Shown here one piece after another: positions 1-10,963 of a stretch of DNA of 17,398 bases. The stretch spans positions 1-17,398 of the forward strand of contig JBHGNT010000699.1 in the NCBI GenBank assembly GCA_043228905.1. Direction: 5' to 3'. Within the stretch, counting starts at the first letter, position 1. Every line of letters starts with the position of its first letter. The notes under the pieces are model-generated. The model saw only the letters and a program-made list of their open reading frames with translations. It was not told the origin of the DNA and searched no databases. This DNA is from Azolla caroliniana. Its lineage: Eukaryota > Plantae > Polypodiophyta. Made by a program: the position numbers and the translations under genes.

Positions 1-790
1 GCCCTTGTCAATTGGCGTAAGTACCTCTTTCCCTCTTGCTATTTCAAAGGGAGAAAAACCAGTGCTCGAATGAATGGCCGCATTATAGCAAAATTCTAGC
101 TTGTGAACATGATCCACCCAATCTATTTGATCAGCCTAGACGTAGCTTCGAATGTAGTCTTCAATACCTTGATTAAGCCTCTCGATTTGGCCATCAATTT
201 GTGGATGAGCCGATGAAGACATACGAAGTTGCGTGCCTAACACAAGAAATAGCCCTTGCCATAAACCACATGTAAAACGTGGGTCTCTGTCAGAGATGAT
301 TATTTCAAGCAATCCATGATACTTAAAAAAGTATTTAAAGAAAAGATGAGCCACGTGATTCGTTGTTAGAGGTGGTTTAGCCGGTATGAAATGGGCTTGC
401 TTAGAGAAGAACTACACGACCACCATCAATATGTTGTGTCCCCGGGATGGAGGAAGACCCATGATGAAATCCATGTTAATCACGTCCCATGGCTTGGTTG
501 GAATCGGCATTTATTGCAGAAGTCCAAGTGCTTTCCCTCTCCTCGCTTTCACCACATGGCATACCTTGCATGTATGTACATAATCGATAATTTGTTCTTC
601 CATTCTCGGCCACATGAAATACTTTTTTACAGCTAATAATGTTCGCTTTTGCACGCCATGTCCCGCCAGATGTTCATCATGCAACTCTTTTAGGATCTTG
701 GCCTTTAATTGCATGTGGTTGGGTATTACCACCCTCTTTTCACTCCATAATAAGCCCTCATGTAGCCTATACATTCTGTGTGTTGTCCTG
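1..790 (-). pseudogene. Gypsy integrase (HHCC zinc-binding domain and DDE core), disrupted
   Basis: LHDEHLAGH...CKVC (HHCC), PWDVINMDFIMGLP, IISDRDPRF, SSAHPQIDGQIERLN and EFCYN...STGFSPF, split by frameshifts and a stop. Confidence 0.93.
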
Positions 791-816
791 CCACTTTCCA
801 GGTCCTCTTTGAGCTG

Positions 817-1260
817 TCAGGTTCCCGCATCCCGCTCTTGAGCTTGCCATATCTCCTCCATCCATGCTTGGCCGGTGACTACTGATATGTGTTGTATATG
901 AGGCATCCTGCTCAGTGTGTTAGGTAATGTATGCAACTTGCCTTTTTTATGTATGATTTCCAAATCGAATTGTGCCAATAGGTCTTGCCACCTCATTTGT
1001 TTTGATGATAATCGTGGTTGTGATTGGAAGTATTTTAGGGAGATATTATCTGTTATTACCCATGTGAACTTATCTTGTACATAATGCCTCCATTTCCGGA
1101 GAGCATATACTATGGCCAACATCTCCTTCTCGTGTGTCGGCCACCTACTCCCTACTTCTGAATTTTTTGGACTTTTGTAATTTTCGAATGCAACATGTTC
1201 TCTTGTTGTCCATTTGAACATTTTAGCACCTCTGATGAGATATATGAGTGGGTTTGCCAT
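817..1260 (-). pseudogene. Gypsy RT connection / RNase H with an internal deletion
   Basis: RWPTHEKEMLAIVYALRKWRHY...VITDNISLKYF...RW are Ty3 RNase H motifs. The N-terminal DAS catalytic segment is missing. Confidence 0.88.
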
Positions 1261-2050
1261 TTCACTAAAATTCCTAATGAATTTCCTAACATATTGCAGA
1301 AATCCTATAAATTATTGTACCTCTATTATCTTGGTAGGTCGTGGCCATTTCCTTACTACTTCTACTTTCGTCACATCCAGTTTTAGTTCATCCCTTCCTA
1401 TTCGAAACCCAAGGAATTATATTTCCTTTACAACAAACTCACATTTTTCTGGCTTGGCGAATAACTTATGTTCTCTTAGTCGTTGTAAGCCCTAAGTGAC
1501 ATGTAGGTTGTGTTATTCCAATGATTTGCTAAAAATTAGCAAATCGTCAATGTATATTATTACAAACTTATCTAGATAATCGCGGAAAAGATCATTCCCA
1601 AGCCTACAGAAGGTCCCCAATGATCCAATCAATCCAAAGCTCATGACCAACCACTCAAAATTGTCATATCTAGTACAAAATGTTGTTTTCTCAATGTCTT
1701 GTGCTGCTATCCGGAGCGCAAATCGATTCGAGAGAAATATTGGGCGCCTTGTAATTGATCGAGTAAATAAGCTATTACAGGTATAGGATACTTATTCTTA
1801 ATTATAATTTTGTTCAAAGCCCTATAATCCATGCACAATCTTATTGTGCCATCCTTCTTTGCTACAAAAATTACCGGTGCACCGTAAGCTGAATTGCTTG
1901 ATAGGATAAAGCCACAATCTTCCAATTCTTGTAAATGCTTAACTCTTCCAACTGTGTTGCATTCATTAGGTAGGGAGATTTCGCAGGTGGCATGCTTCTC
2001 GAAACAAGAGGAATTTGATGATCAATTGATCGTTGTGGTGGAAGTGTCTT
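1261..2050 (-). pseudogene. Gypsy reverse transcriptase, frameshifted
   Basis: [58 protein letters not shown] and FEWLVMSFGL; catalytic YIDD at 1543-1554 (minus). Confidence 0.95.
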
Positions 2051-2339
2051 TGGCAACTCCTCTGTTAACGCATCACTAATTTGATTGAGTATTTCGTGAA
2101 AACTATCATCACCCAAACGTATCTTTTTCAAGTCTTGATTTTCTTGTATTCTTTTGTGTAGGGAGGTACATAAAAAAAGTTTCCCGCCTTTCTTTAGGTC
2201 TTTACTTGCAACCTTGGCTAAGCATAGTTGCACGTGCAAAGAGGCCAGACCCTTCCGATTTGTAACCCTCTCTTCCTTATGGCTATGCATGTTTACAATG
2301 ACTTCACCTTTTCCATCCTCATTGTTTAACAACAATTTA

Positions 2340-2650
2340 TATACCTTTTTCCCAAACTGGGAGATGACATACTTGTCCACCCATTCCAAACCCAAAATTA
2401 CATCAAAGCTATCCATGTCTACGGAGAGAAAGGTTGTTCGACCCTTCCAATCTCCAGCTTCTAACTTAACATTTTCAACTATTGAGCATGCATTTGTGAA
2501 TCCCTGTACAAAATTGATTCTAAGATTGCTTAGAGGTTGTGGTTTCAAGCCAAATTTCCTTGCACACATTGACATTATGAAATTATATGTTGCGCCATTA
2601 TCAATCATAGCTTCTCACGTGTACCCATTGATTTGAACTTGTAAAAATAA
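2340..2650 (-). pseudogene. Retroviral-type aspartic protease
   Basis: AMIDNGATYNFI (D-S/T-G motif altered to DNG) and FDVILGLEWV. Confidence 0.9.
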
Positions 2651-2689
2651 GTTGCTTGTTTTGCTTAGCCTTGCAGTAAGGCAGATAGG

Positions 2690-3854
2690 TCATGCTCTAA
2701 TTGCTCCAAGTCGAATTATGGTTTCATCTATGTAATCCTCGTATTGAGCTGTTGTTGCGTCTACTTCCCACTCGATTCCTTCCTCACCTTCGGCTACCTC
2801 AAGTTGGGAAAAGTCAACTCTCACCTGAATTTGTTTCTTTTTTGGGCATTCTGATGCAAGGTGCAAACCACCACACTCGAAACATCCTCTCCTCATCATA
2901 GGACCACAAGATGATGTTGTCGGGGTATTATTGAGCAACGATGTGCCTTGCCCTATATTGCTCGTCCGTTGATTCCGATATGCTTCTCCTCGAGTTAAAC
3001 CTCTCCGTGATCCAACTTCTATTGTTGAAGGTAGTCGGTTGATTGCCATATGTTGAACGTGTATTTGCTTCGATGACACTAATTCGTTTTGCTACTCACA
3101 TGGCTTCTTCACATGATTGTGGGTTCATCTTCTCCACCTCCATCCGAATACATGGTCGTAAGCCTGACACAAACCCATGAAGCTTGGTGATTGGATGTAG
3201 ATGGGGTAGTTGTAATACTAATTGACGGTATTTCTCAGTATAGATGGTAAGTTGGCCTTCTCCCTGCTTCAATGCCTTCCACTCATCCATAAGGCATAAA
3301 TGCTCATTCTAAGAGATAAAATATTGTCGCAACTCTCTTTTGAAATCAGTCCAAGATGCAAATTCGAGAGTGCTTTCTTCAGACATGTACTAGTGTTGCG
3401 TCGATCCATCTAGAAAACTTGGTGACACCCTCACCCATTGCTTTGGCGCTACATGACTTTGAACCAAGAATAACTCTGATTCCCTTATCCATCTTGTAAG
3501 TGTTATGGAGTTCCTTTCTCCTTCATAGGTACATGGTTTGATTGGTTTTAATGTAGCAAGGTTGTTGTGGCGATCTTCGCCATTGCCTAATTCCATTCTT
3601 TGGATCAACTCTTCCAATCTCCCTTGTCCGCCTTCCACGTGCCTTCTTCCTTGCATTTCCATTGTGTTTAGTCTTGATCCCTCCTCTTCTCTCAACCATC
3701 TCTCCCTTACTTGCTCCTCCTCGTGATTCGTTAAGTGATATACTTCTTTGATTTCTTGCTCTACTTTGTCTTGTAATGTATTGCTCAATGAGGTCCCTAC
3801 CCCTTCATTCATTTCGTTTGGGTTGAAATCCTTTGTCCTTCTCCTTTTTGCCAT
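2690..3854 (-). pseudogene. Gag with CCHC zinc knuckle, disrupted
   Basis: Three ORF fragments: KPCTYEGER...WIRESE; LKQG...YTEKYRQL...FVSGLRP; and the knuckle CFECGGLHLASEC at about 2846-2884. Probable ATG at 3854 (MAKRRRTK). Confidence 0.88.
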
Positions 3855-3922
3855 GAGTGTGAAATACCCACTTCTACCTTTGCTTCCTCCTTTGTACAAC
3901 TCAGCCTTATGGATCTTATTGC

Positions 3923-3934
3923 GCTCTGATATCA
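3923..3934 (-). other. Primer-binding site (tRNA-iMet)
   Basis: Minus strand reads TGATATCAGAGC, one G>A change from canonical TGGTATCAGAGC, 2 nt after the LTR end ...CCTTACA. Confidence 0.88.
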
Positions 3935-3936
3935 AG

Positions 3937-5790
3937 TGTAAGGTTGAGACATAGAAATTAAAGGAGATAAGCTATATTAATTTAGGAAATCCCTAAACTA
4001 GTACTTATGGAATGATAATTCATAGTTATTGAAAACAATAGCACATTTCCACTTGCCATGAAGCATTGGTCTGAGAATAATGTGCAAGAATTACAACTTG
4101 CAAAATTTTGGAAATGGTTGTGGAGCATGCAATTGCCGAAAAAAGTCATTTGCTTTCGACGGTTGTTGATTCATTATGCTCTTCCTGTTGGTGATTGGTT
4201 GAGACAACATCAACAATATGCTTGTGGATTGCATTGTGACGCAACTACTGAATTGATTTTGCATGTGTTTTGGTTATGTCCCAAGATCAAGAAATTTTGG
4301 AGTAAGTTATTTTTATTGTTGAGACACCACTACTCTCGATCAATATTCTCTTGGGGTGAAGTATTGTGGGGTGTCCTTCATGTAGAGGTTATGAGGTATG
4401 AAAGTACGCATGCTTCTCATGTTTTTCATTTTTCTTATGGAAACCTCTCTCTCACCTTGTGTCCTTCTATTTCGCGGTTCAAAATTAAAAATATGGTCAT
4501 TTGGCGTACAATTACGTCATTGGCTCTTTGGATAATATGGAAAGCGAGATGTGATTTTGTTTTTAACAATGCCCATATACAATTGAACACTATGCTTATT
4601 GAATTCTGGATGTTGTTTGTTCACACACTTCATGGGCAATATCATGATTTGCAAGGTTCAGATGATGTTTTGTGGCAACGACAAGTGGCCTTTAAGAACC
4701 GATGGCAAGGACTCCAATTATTTTCAGAGACAATTGCTGGTCCAAAGTGGAATTATGGCATACCTTCGTTTATGTTGGATAGTGGATAGTACATATTGTT
4801 CTACTTGTTCATATATGACATCATCTGTATCATCAAATGTACTTAGTTTGTATCTTACAAAAAGAAGTGAGATGAAATGTCTCCTTCTGTTTTTCCTATT
4901 TAGACTTTTCAAGTAATATACTAAGGTGTATCTTCCTTAAAAAAAAGAGAGCACATTTCCACTTCCAAAAATGGGAGGCCCCCTTTTCAAGGAAGATGGG
5001 GTTTATTAAATAACCTACCTAGGAATGAGGAATAGGGATCGCTTCATGACGATTCCTCTTCTTTTATATATTTATATTAATGAACGGTTTCTTTATTTTA
5101 ATTGTCGTAACATGATCCTCCCCCTATATTATAATTTAGTGCCTAACTAGTTAGCCATTAAATGATTGAGTATGACGATGAAGTGATTAATTTAGCCGCA
5201 CATGCGAACTAAAGTGATTAGTTAAGTTAGTATGTTGAGTTGTGCATGGCTATGTATCCATGTAATTGTCGTGAAGTCATGCACCTATGTGTGCTACTTG
5301 AGTAGGACCACCAAGGACTTGAACCAAAGAGGATAGATGACTTGAAGGGTTGTCAAAGTCAAAAGATTGTTAACTAGAAGCTCGAAACAACGAATTATAA
5401 AATAATAAGATTAAAATTGAAATACGTGATTAGCCTAAAGATTGTGAGATTAATAATGGATTTTACAATAATAAGTCCAAAATCGTTGGATTAAAAAAGA
5501 AATTATTATTATAAAATAGGGATTACAAGTTTTTTTGGGGTAAACAACTACAACAATAGTAAATTTTCAGAAATAAGTCATCAACTAAAAACCCTAAATT
5601 TCACAAAGAAGAAGAAAATAAAACCCTAAGGTAGCAAGTATGTTGCAGAGAAGAAGAAGAAGAGGAAGAGAAAAAGAATAATTAGAAAATATTTGTTCAC
5701 GAGTGAAGTTTAAGGGGGAGATCCTCGAGTTTCGGTGCAACGTCCCAACGATCGACAATCACGTCGCCTCTTGTCGATGCTGGTCTTACA
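3937..5790 (-). repeat. 5' LTR of the gypsy element (about 0.94 kb once the LINE insertion is removed)
   Basis: The left boundary TGTAAG at 3937 abuts the PBS. The matching inverted terminus CTTACA is at 5785-5790. A minus-strand TATA-like tract lies at about 5061-5075. The right boundary is less certain. Confidence 0.6.
4055..4949 (+). mobile_element. 5'-truncated L1-type LINE (ORF2 C-terminus, zf-RVT domain) inserted in the LTR
   Basis: ORF 4058-4789 reads FWKWLWSMQLPKKV...LPVGDWL...CGLHC...E..LHVFWLCP...W...LWIIWKARCDFVF. A8 tail at 4939-4946. Perfect 15-bp TSD AGCACATTTCCACTT at 4040-4054 and 4950-4964. Confidence 0.93.
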
Positions 5791-7278
5791 CAACCTCTTG
5801 ATTTGCAACCATTGCTTCCTTGCTTCTCAATCCAACATCAGTTCCGGGTCACTTCCTCCCCATCTTTATATTTTTTTACATATTTATATCTTTTTATCAG
5901 TTCAATTTTTATGAACATTTGCAAACATCTTTACAAGTCGGAAGATGAGGCTCTTGTAACTCCATCTTCAAATTTCTTCTATCAGGTGGTTTTTACTCCA
6001 GTTCAAAGTTAAAAGAAATATAAGATATATATGTATGTGGATGACTTATCAATACAACACTTATTAAGATGTGTAATGTGTGTGCATAGGCTTGCAATTA
6101 ATTAATACATTCACATTGTTTTTGATAGATGACTTGAAAGTGAGAATTGAAAAGAGATATTTCCCAAATCATTGCAACCCCTCGGGTGTACACTTCTATA
6201 CCTTTTTGGAAAAACTAGACTGAAATGAGCTATTAGTAGCACATTACTAGCCATTTATATATTCAATGGTTATGTTAAAAGTGCAATGAGGTATATGTGT
6301 ATGTGATTGTGTTATATTTTCATGTGTACTTATTCGCATATATTCTCAAACATGCCTATCATGCTTGCATGGTGATAAGAAAAGGTGAGCACTTGCAATG
6401 AAATATAAAATGAATGTATGACATAACTTCTTGAATCATGATACGTCATTTACATTTATAAAGCCTACAGTGTTTGTAGTGTTGACACACTAATTAAAAT
6501 GTTTTGATTGCTCGATTTTATGAAAATGTGTATAATATCAAATTTCAATGATAAATATATGTGCGTACACATAAATAAAATATTTATCATTAATGTTATA
6601 GTTGTGGAGCTTAGTTAGTTTGATGCCCTTTCCTTATAGTGCAAGAAGTGAGTGTGAATATGAGTGAGCAAGCGCGTTGACATGTGGTTACACAATAGCA
6701 CACAAGCTATTTTATATGGTAAATTAGCTTAAAGAAGGTTGACCATTACATTTATATTTCACATCTATTCATACGCCCAACGGGATGGAATGCGATCATG
6801 AACATTTTTCTTCTATTGAGAACAAACATTCATACGAGAATACTAATTATCAAAGGGACATGTCTCTTTTCCATCATTCGGAAGTCTTATCATTGTTTTT
6901 GGTCAATATAGAATCTCCTGAACATTCAAGGTATTTGGAGTAATGGAGGACCACACCACATGTGTAATGGATCAATTAACATAAATACCCCTCCAGGAAA
7001 GAATGTGAGCGGAGTCCAACGCTTCGCTTCACGGATCAAAGACTTTTTAATTGTAGTATGCAGAAGATTAAGTTGGTGGAACAGGTAGGGGCTCGGCAAG
7101 GTGAAGGAAGATCGACCGGACATCGGGATTGACTTTTTCAATATGGGCAGGGGCCCGCCCGAAGCCGGAGAGAGTCTTTCTGATGGTGATGATAGGTGCG
7201 AACGGGCGGGCGAACGAGAAGAGACTGTACGGCGGGCGGCGCCGTGTGTGAAACCAAGGATTGGGGCGATGACCAAAC

Positions 7279-7284
7279 TATAAA
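7279..7284 (+). promoter_or_regulatory. Candidate TATA box for the secreted-peptide gene
   Basis: CTATAAAGAG lies directly after a GC-rich stretch (about 7090-7270) and before a GA-rich leader-like sequence. Confidence 0.4.
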
Positions 7285-7600
7285 GAGAGGTGAAGAAGGA
7301 GGAGAAGAAGGAAGATTCATATTACTTGAATTTCAAGGGGCCGCATATATTGAAGGCTTTCCTGAAGGATTTCTTCACAGTTTTAAATCCATCCATGAAT
7401 GAGTCCACTCCACACGCACACCACTGTTTCAAAAGTCAATTCCTCATTTTCCTTCTTATTCTTGATCGATATGCCTAGACAATATATATAAGGCTAATCT
7501 ATATACCAGATTTGATCTCATTGATCCAACGATTAGATCACACATATACATACACATATATTTCTATATAATCAAGAAGCCATTAGTCGATTCTGTTGTT

Positions 7601-7618
7601 ATATATATATATATATAT
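7601..7618. repeat. (AT)9 microsatellite
   Basis: Read directly from the sequence. Confidence 0.9.
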
Positions 7619-7723
7619 AATCCATCATTTGGTTTGATATTCAATCCTGCAGGGAGGAGGAATTGCTGAACCTGAACTGCGTGGATTAGGGTTTTGTCCA
7701 ACCCGCTCATCTCCTCGATTAAT

Positions 7724-8161
7724 ATGATCCATACGAGATTCAGGGATAAGAATTCCCTCCCTCGCAAGCTATTTGGCATCCTAATTCTTGCCCTTGGATC
7801 CTGCATGCAACCATTCTTTCTTATTAAGGCCGCCCATGCTACGTCGCGTTTGATCCTAACCACCAGCTTGGTCATCGCTCGATCCTCCGACCTTCATAAT
7901 GACGACGCGAGAGTGAGAATCGGAGGGAATTCGGAGACTAATTATATTGCCCGTGGCCTTAATCGTGCCGTAATTAAGGTCGATAATCACCCGATTAATG
8001 ATGATGACGAGACTAGTGCTGATGATATAAATGAGGAGATATTTAGAAACCATGATAACAACATAGAGATGGATGGGCGAGGACGGACCACTATGAGAGC
8101 TTTGCTTCGTAAGAGAACCCCTCCTCCCGGTAAAAACACAATCACATCTCTTATACCATGA
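7724..8161 (+). CDS. Putative small secreted peptide precursor (145 aa), divergent CLE-like C-terminal motif
   Basis: ATG at 7724. Basic n-region, hydrophobic LFGILILALGSCMQPFFLI, A-H-A cleavage motif, acidic pro-region (NDDDETSADD) and C-terminal RALLRKR-TPPPGKNTITSLIP*. Upstream are a good acceptor (cctgcAG, 7651-7652) and a telo-box-like ATTAGGGTTTT. Confidence 0.62.
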   Translation: MIHTRFRDKNSLPRKLFGILILALGSCMQPFFLIKAAHATSRLILTTSLVIARSSDLHNDDARVRIGGNSETNYIARGLNRAVIKVDNHPINDDDETSADDINEEIFRNHDNNIEMDGRGRTTMRALLRKRTPPPGKNTITSLIP

Positions 8162-8272
8162 TTTATAAGCCCATCTATTCAAATCATCTCCTCCGACAAT
8201 GTTCACAATCTCTTATTAACACCAATTGACTAATTCATTCATTCATACATTCACTCGTTATACGATCCCAAC

Positions 8273-8417
8273 AATCGTCGTCAATTCGTGATCAATCCAA
8301 TGTGGAGATAATGGAAATCATCATCGATTCGTGATCAATCCAATGTGGAGATAATGGAAATCATCATCAATTCATAATCAATCCAACGTGGAGATCATTG
8401 ATTCATAATCAATCCAA
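8273..8417. repeat. Tandem array, 43-bp unit, about 3.5 copies
   Basis: The core ATTC(G/A)T(G/A)ATCAATCCAA starts at 8284, 8327, 8370 and 8401; the last unit is shortened. Confidence 0.92.
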
Positions 8418-9830
8418 TCATTGTATTGCACCAAAGGGATCATTTTTACATGTAAATTTGTGAGAGATAGTTCCATGTATCATTATACAAACACCAATTT
8501 TTAGATGTGACGATTACACACCCTTTTGTATGTCCTTATACTCGTAGCTTGTTCATCAATAGAGTTTGTCATAAAGAAAGAATGCCAATACCATTTATAT
8601 TAAGCTCCTACTATGGTGTAAGCAATTAGTTGTTCCCATTCCCCATTATTATGTCCATGACAAATTTGGACTTTAGAATTAGTTTTTCGTTCAATGTAAT
8701 GAGCTCTTCAAGTGATTCATTTTTTTCAATCAATGTGCTGATTATTATGTGTGTGTATATTGAGACAATGACCTTGGCATGATGATGTTTCATTGCAAAG
8801 GTCAATACAACACACCACTAGGTGATGAGGATGACATGGATATTAATTTACTTCTATAATATTATAAGATCTATGTCTACTTGAAACACACTAGACGACA
8901 ACGTTATCATCTCGTTGAGGATCATGAATGTGCTTGTTCTAATGCCAAATATATTATTGAGTTGTGCTTAATGTACAACATCAAACGTTTGCATGTTTGA
9001 TACCATTTACAAATATTATTAAGAGTATTGAGGAGTGATAGTAAACAAGAACCACTCTAATGAATAATTGGGTAGATATATTAATTTTTTTATCGAGTTA
9101 TTAGACAATGGAAATGTTGTGTTCAACATACATCATGAAATTTGAAATGTGCATGGAAAGAAAGAAAGGCAAAATTCACGTATTAATGGATTCGTTGGAT
9201 GCAATTGTTACTTGAAAGTTTGCACTATGGAAATCTAGCAAGATTGAATCACGTGATTCGCACAAGATGGTTAAAATAACCAAGTTGCATAAAAGTCATG
9301 AAAAATATGTATATATCTAAACACTTATAAGATTTAACTAAGTAGTATCACAACTCAAATTTACAAAGGTCATCCCCAAACAATTTAATATTTGGTGTGT
9401 TTTGTGCATTAGGCTAACTTCAATAAAAGTTGTTTCAACATAAGTAGCTTCAATAAAAGGTGTTTGTCTACAAAACAAGTTGTGTATGAAGCAAGGTATG
9501 TCAATGCGGTTAATTGATTTAACTAACCAGGATCACATCTCAGATATAAAAGTCATCATCCACTAAACAAAGTAGAAAACAAGGTTAATTGATTCAAGAG
9601 TTACACATTTCCATGGTTAACACAAACATGTAGTGTACATTTCACACATGGTAGCAGGCTAGTAGCATTATGCATACCCTGTAGTCTTCGTCAAGTTTCA
9701 ATACCCTTTTACTCGTTGGTACAACGTTGGTACATTTAGGTACGCATATAATTATATGTATCTTAAAGTTACCTTGCCAATTTGCTATTTTAAAATTGTA
9801 AATAACGTACTTAATGTACTATGCAAAACA

Positions 9831-10096
9831 ATATTGTGGTGTGCATGTGTTCCTTTGTGCCACCCTTTTAGCTCACCCTTTTTAGGATGCACGTACCCAA
9901 GTTGACCCACCCTTTTCAATTTATAGTCATACAAAGGTACCCATTTGGGTTGGCTTTACTTAGCTACATGCGTCCTAACAAGGGTATGCTAAAAGGGTGG
10001 CTCAATGGAACACATGTATACCATACCATGAAGGCATGCATGCTAAACAAGGGTATGCTAAAAGGGGCACAAAGGAACACATGCACACCACAATAT
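9831..10096. mobile_element. Foldback / MITE-like non-autonomous element
   Basis: The 31 bp at 9831-9861 (ATATTGTGGTGTGCATGTGTTCCTTTGTGCC) are the exact reverse complement of 10066-10096. Pairing continues inward with mismatches. The right arm is present twice, 69 bp apart. Confidence 0.7.
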
Positions 10097-10930
10097 ATAT
10101 GAATTCTAATATGTACTTATCACAAAAAAACTCAAAATATCGTAATATATTTTTAGAAAACCCAAAATGTACACCTAAAATTTTAAATTATTAGGAAATC
10201 CTCGTTAGTGAGTAATCTCCCCTATCTTTTTCTCACTTATGATTGTTCTTGATTTTTCACAACATTGTACAAGCTATAGGTTATCCAAAATTGGAATTGA
10301 AGACTAAGGACAAAGTTGAACAACGATGACCAAGTAACATTTTCTTCTTCTTTTTTTACGAAGAAGAAATGTTAGCATAAGAGTTTGGTGCAATTTCATA
10401 AGTGGTTTCAACAATTTGTATTAACAATGCTATTGCATTTTATTTTAACTCCCAACAAAAGGTCACAATGGTTGCTTTTTGCTTACATTATAGAGCTCAC
10501 ATGAAGTTGCCCAATTTATATTTAAGAAGCTACGAGATCCATTTTCATTCATGGGATAAGCTATGGTCAGTGTTGGTCTTTCTTCTTGAAAAATATGTGT
10601 TCGAACCCATATCTTTAATGCAAGTTCTGAAATGATGCAAACGTTTCATCAACAAAGTGTGAGCAACGTAGTATGGTCTATCATTTATCACCATTTAAAT
10701 TTACTATAATTGCGACTATTTTAGGCTTCAACTATGTTTTAGAAAACGGAACAAAGTATTTAAACGTAGGATACATATTTTAGAAGTAATCAAACAGATG
10801 CTAAAAACATATTGGAAACACTTTTGGTTTAGGAGGCGTCTAGGCCATCTTAATGCTTGAAATACGCTTTGTACTCACACTGTACCACCAGATGTGCCTA
10901 GAAAAACCATGGGACGGGCAAATTTGGACC

Positions 10931-10963
10931 GGGCGGGGGCGGGGGGGGGGGCGGGGGGTTGGG
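10931..10963 (+). other. G-quadruplex-forming G-tract
   Basis: G3-C-G5-C-G11-C-G6-TT-G3 fits the canonical G3+N1-7 pattern. Confidence 0.75.

Larger units (their letters stand above)
1..5790 (-). mobile_element. Degenerate Ty3/gypsy LTR retrotransposon (probably chromovirus-branch); 3' part runs off the left edge
   Basis: Minus-strand order gag - protease - RT - RNase H - integrase is diagnostic of Ty3/gypsy. It has a tRNA-iMet-type PBS at 3923-3934 and a 5' LTR end at 3937. Many stops and frameshifts. The chromovirus label is inferred from motif style and the PBS; any chromodomain would lie outside the window. Confidence 0.95.

Noticed and set aside
386-3954. Plus-strand ORFs such as 2154-2636, 614-841 and 1214-1495
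   Set aside because: Antisense shadows of gypsy gag/pol with no recognisable motifs.
5104-5125. Alternative LTR end (GTCGTAACA) next to a PPT-like AGGGGGAGGA, implying a tandem element sharing the LTR
   Set aside because: Poorer terminal match than 5790, it would leave almost no U3 before the TATA, and TAATTGTCGT recurs at about 5263 as an internal repeat. Not fully excluded.
5975-6051. In-frame YVDDL (6034-6048) resembling a copia RT motif
   Set aside because: Only five residues match, there is a stop just upstream and no other copia motifs are convincing; probably chance in AT-rich DNA.
7005-7032. GC-rich hairpin as a Helitron 3' end
   Set aside because: A CTGG follows on the minus strand but not the required T of the AT target, and no 5' TC end could be identified.
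7564-8206. Minus-strand ORFs overlapping the peptide gene
   Set aside because: Antisense shadows; the plus-strand ORF has the coherent signal-peptide architecture.
8273-8417. Possible CRISPR array
   Set aside because: The units are contiguous with no unique spacers, the context is eukaryotic and there are no cas genes.
9416-9735. Short tandem duplications (CTTCAATAAAAG.TGTTT x2; CGTTGGTACA x2)
   Set aside because: Ordinary local slippage duplications with no further structure.
9846-9868. TGTGTTCC...CACCCTT in the hairpin resembling miR398
   Set aside because: Only the ends match and the middle differs at many positions; it cannot be called a known miRNA.
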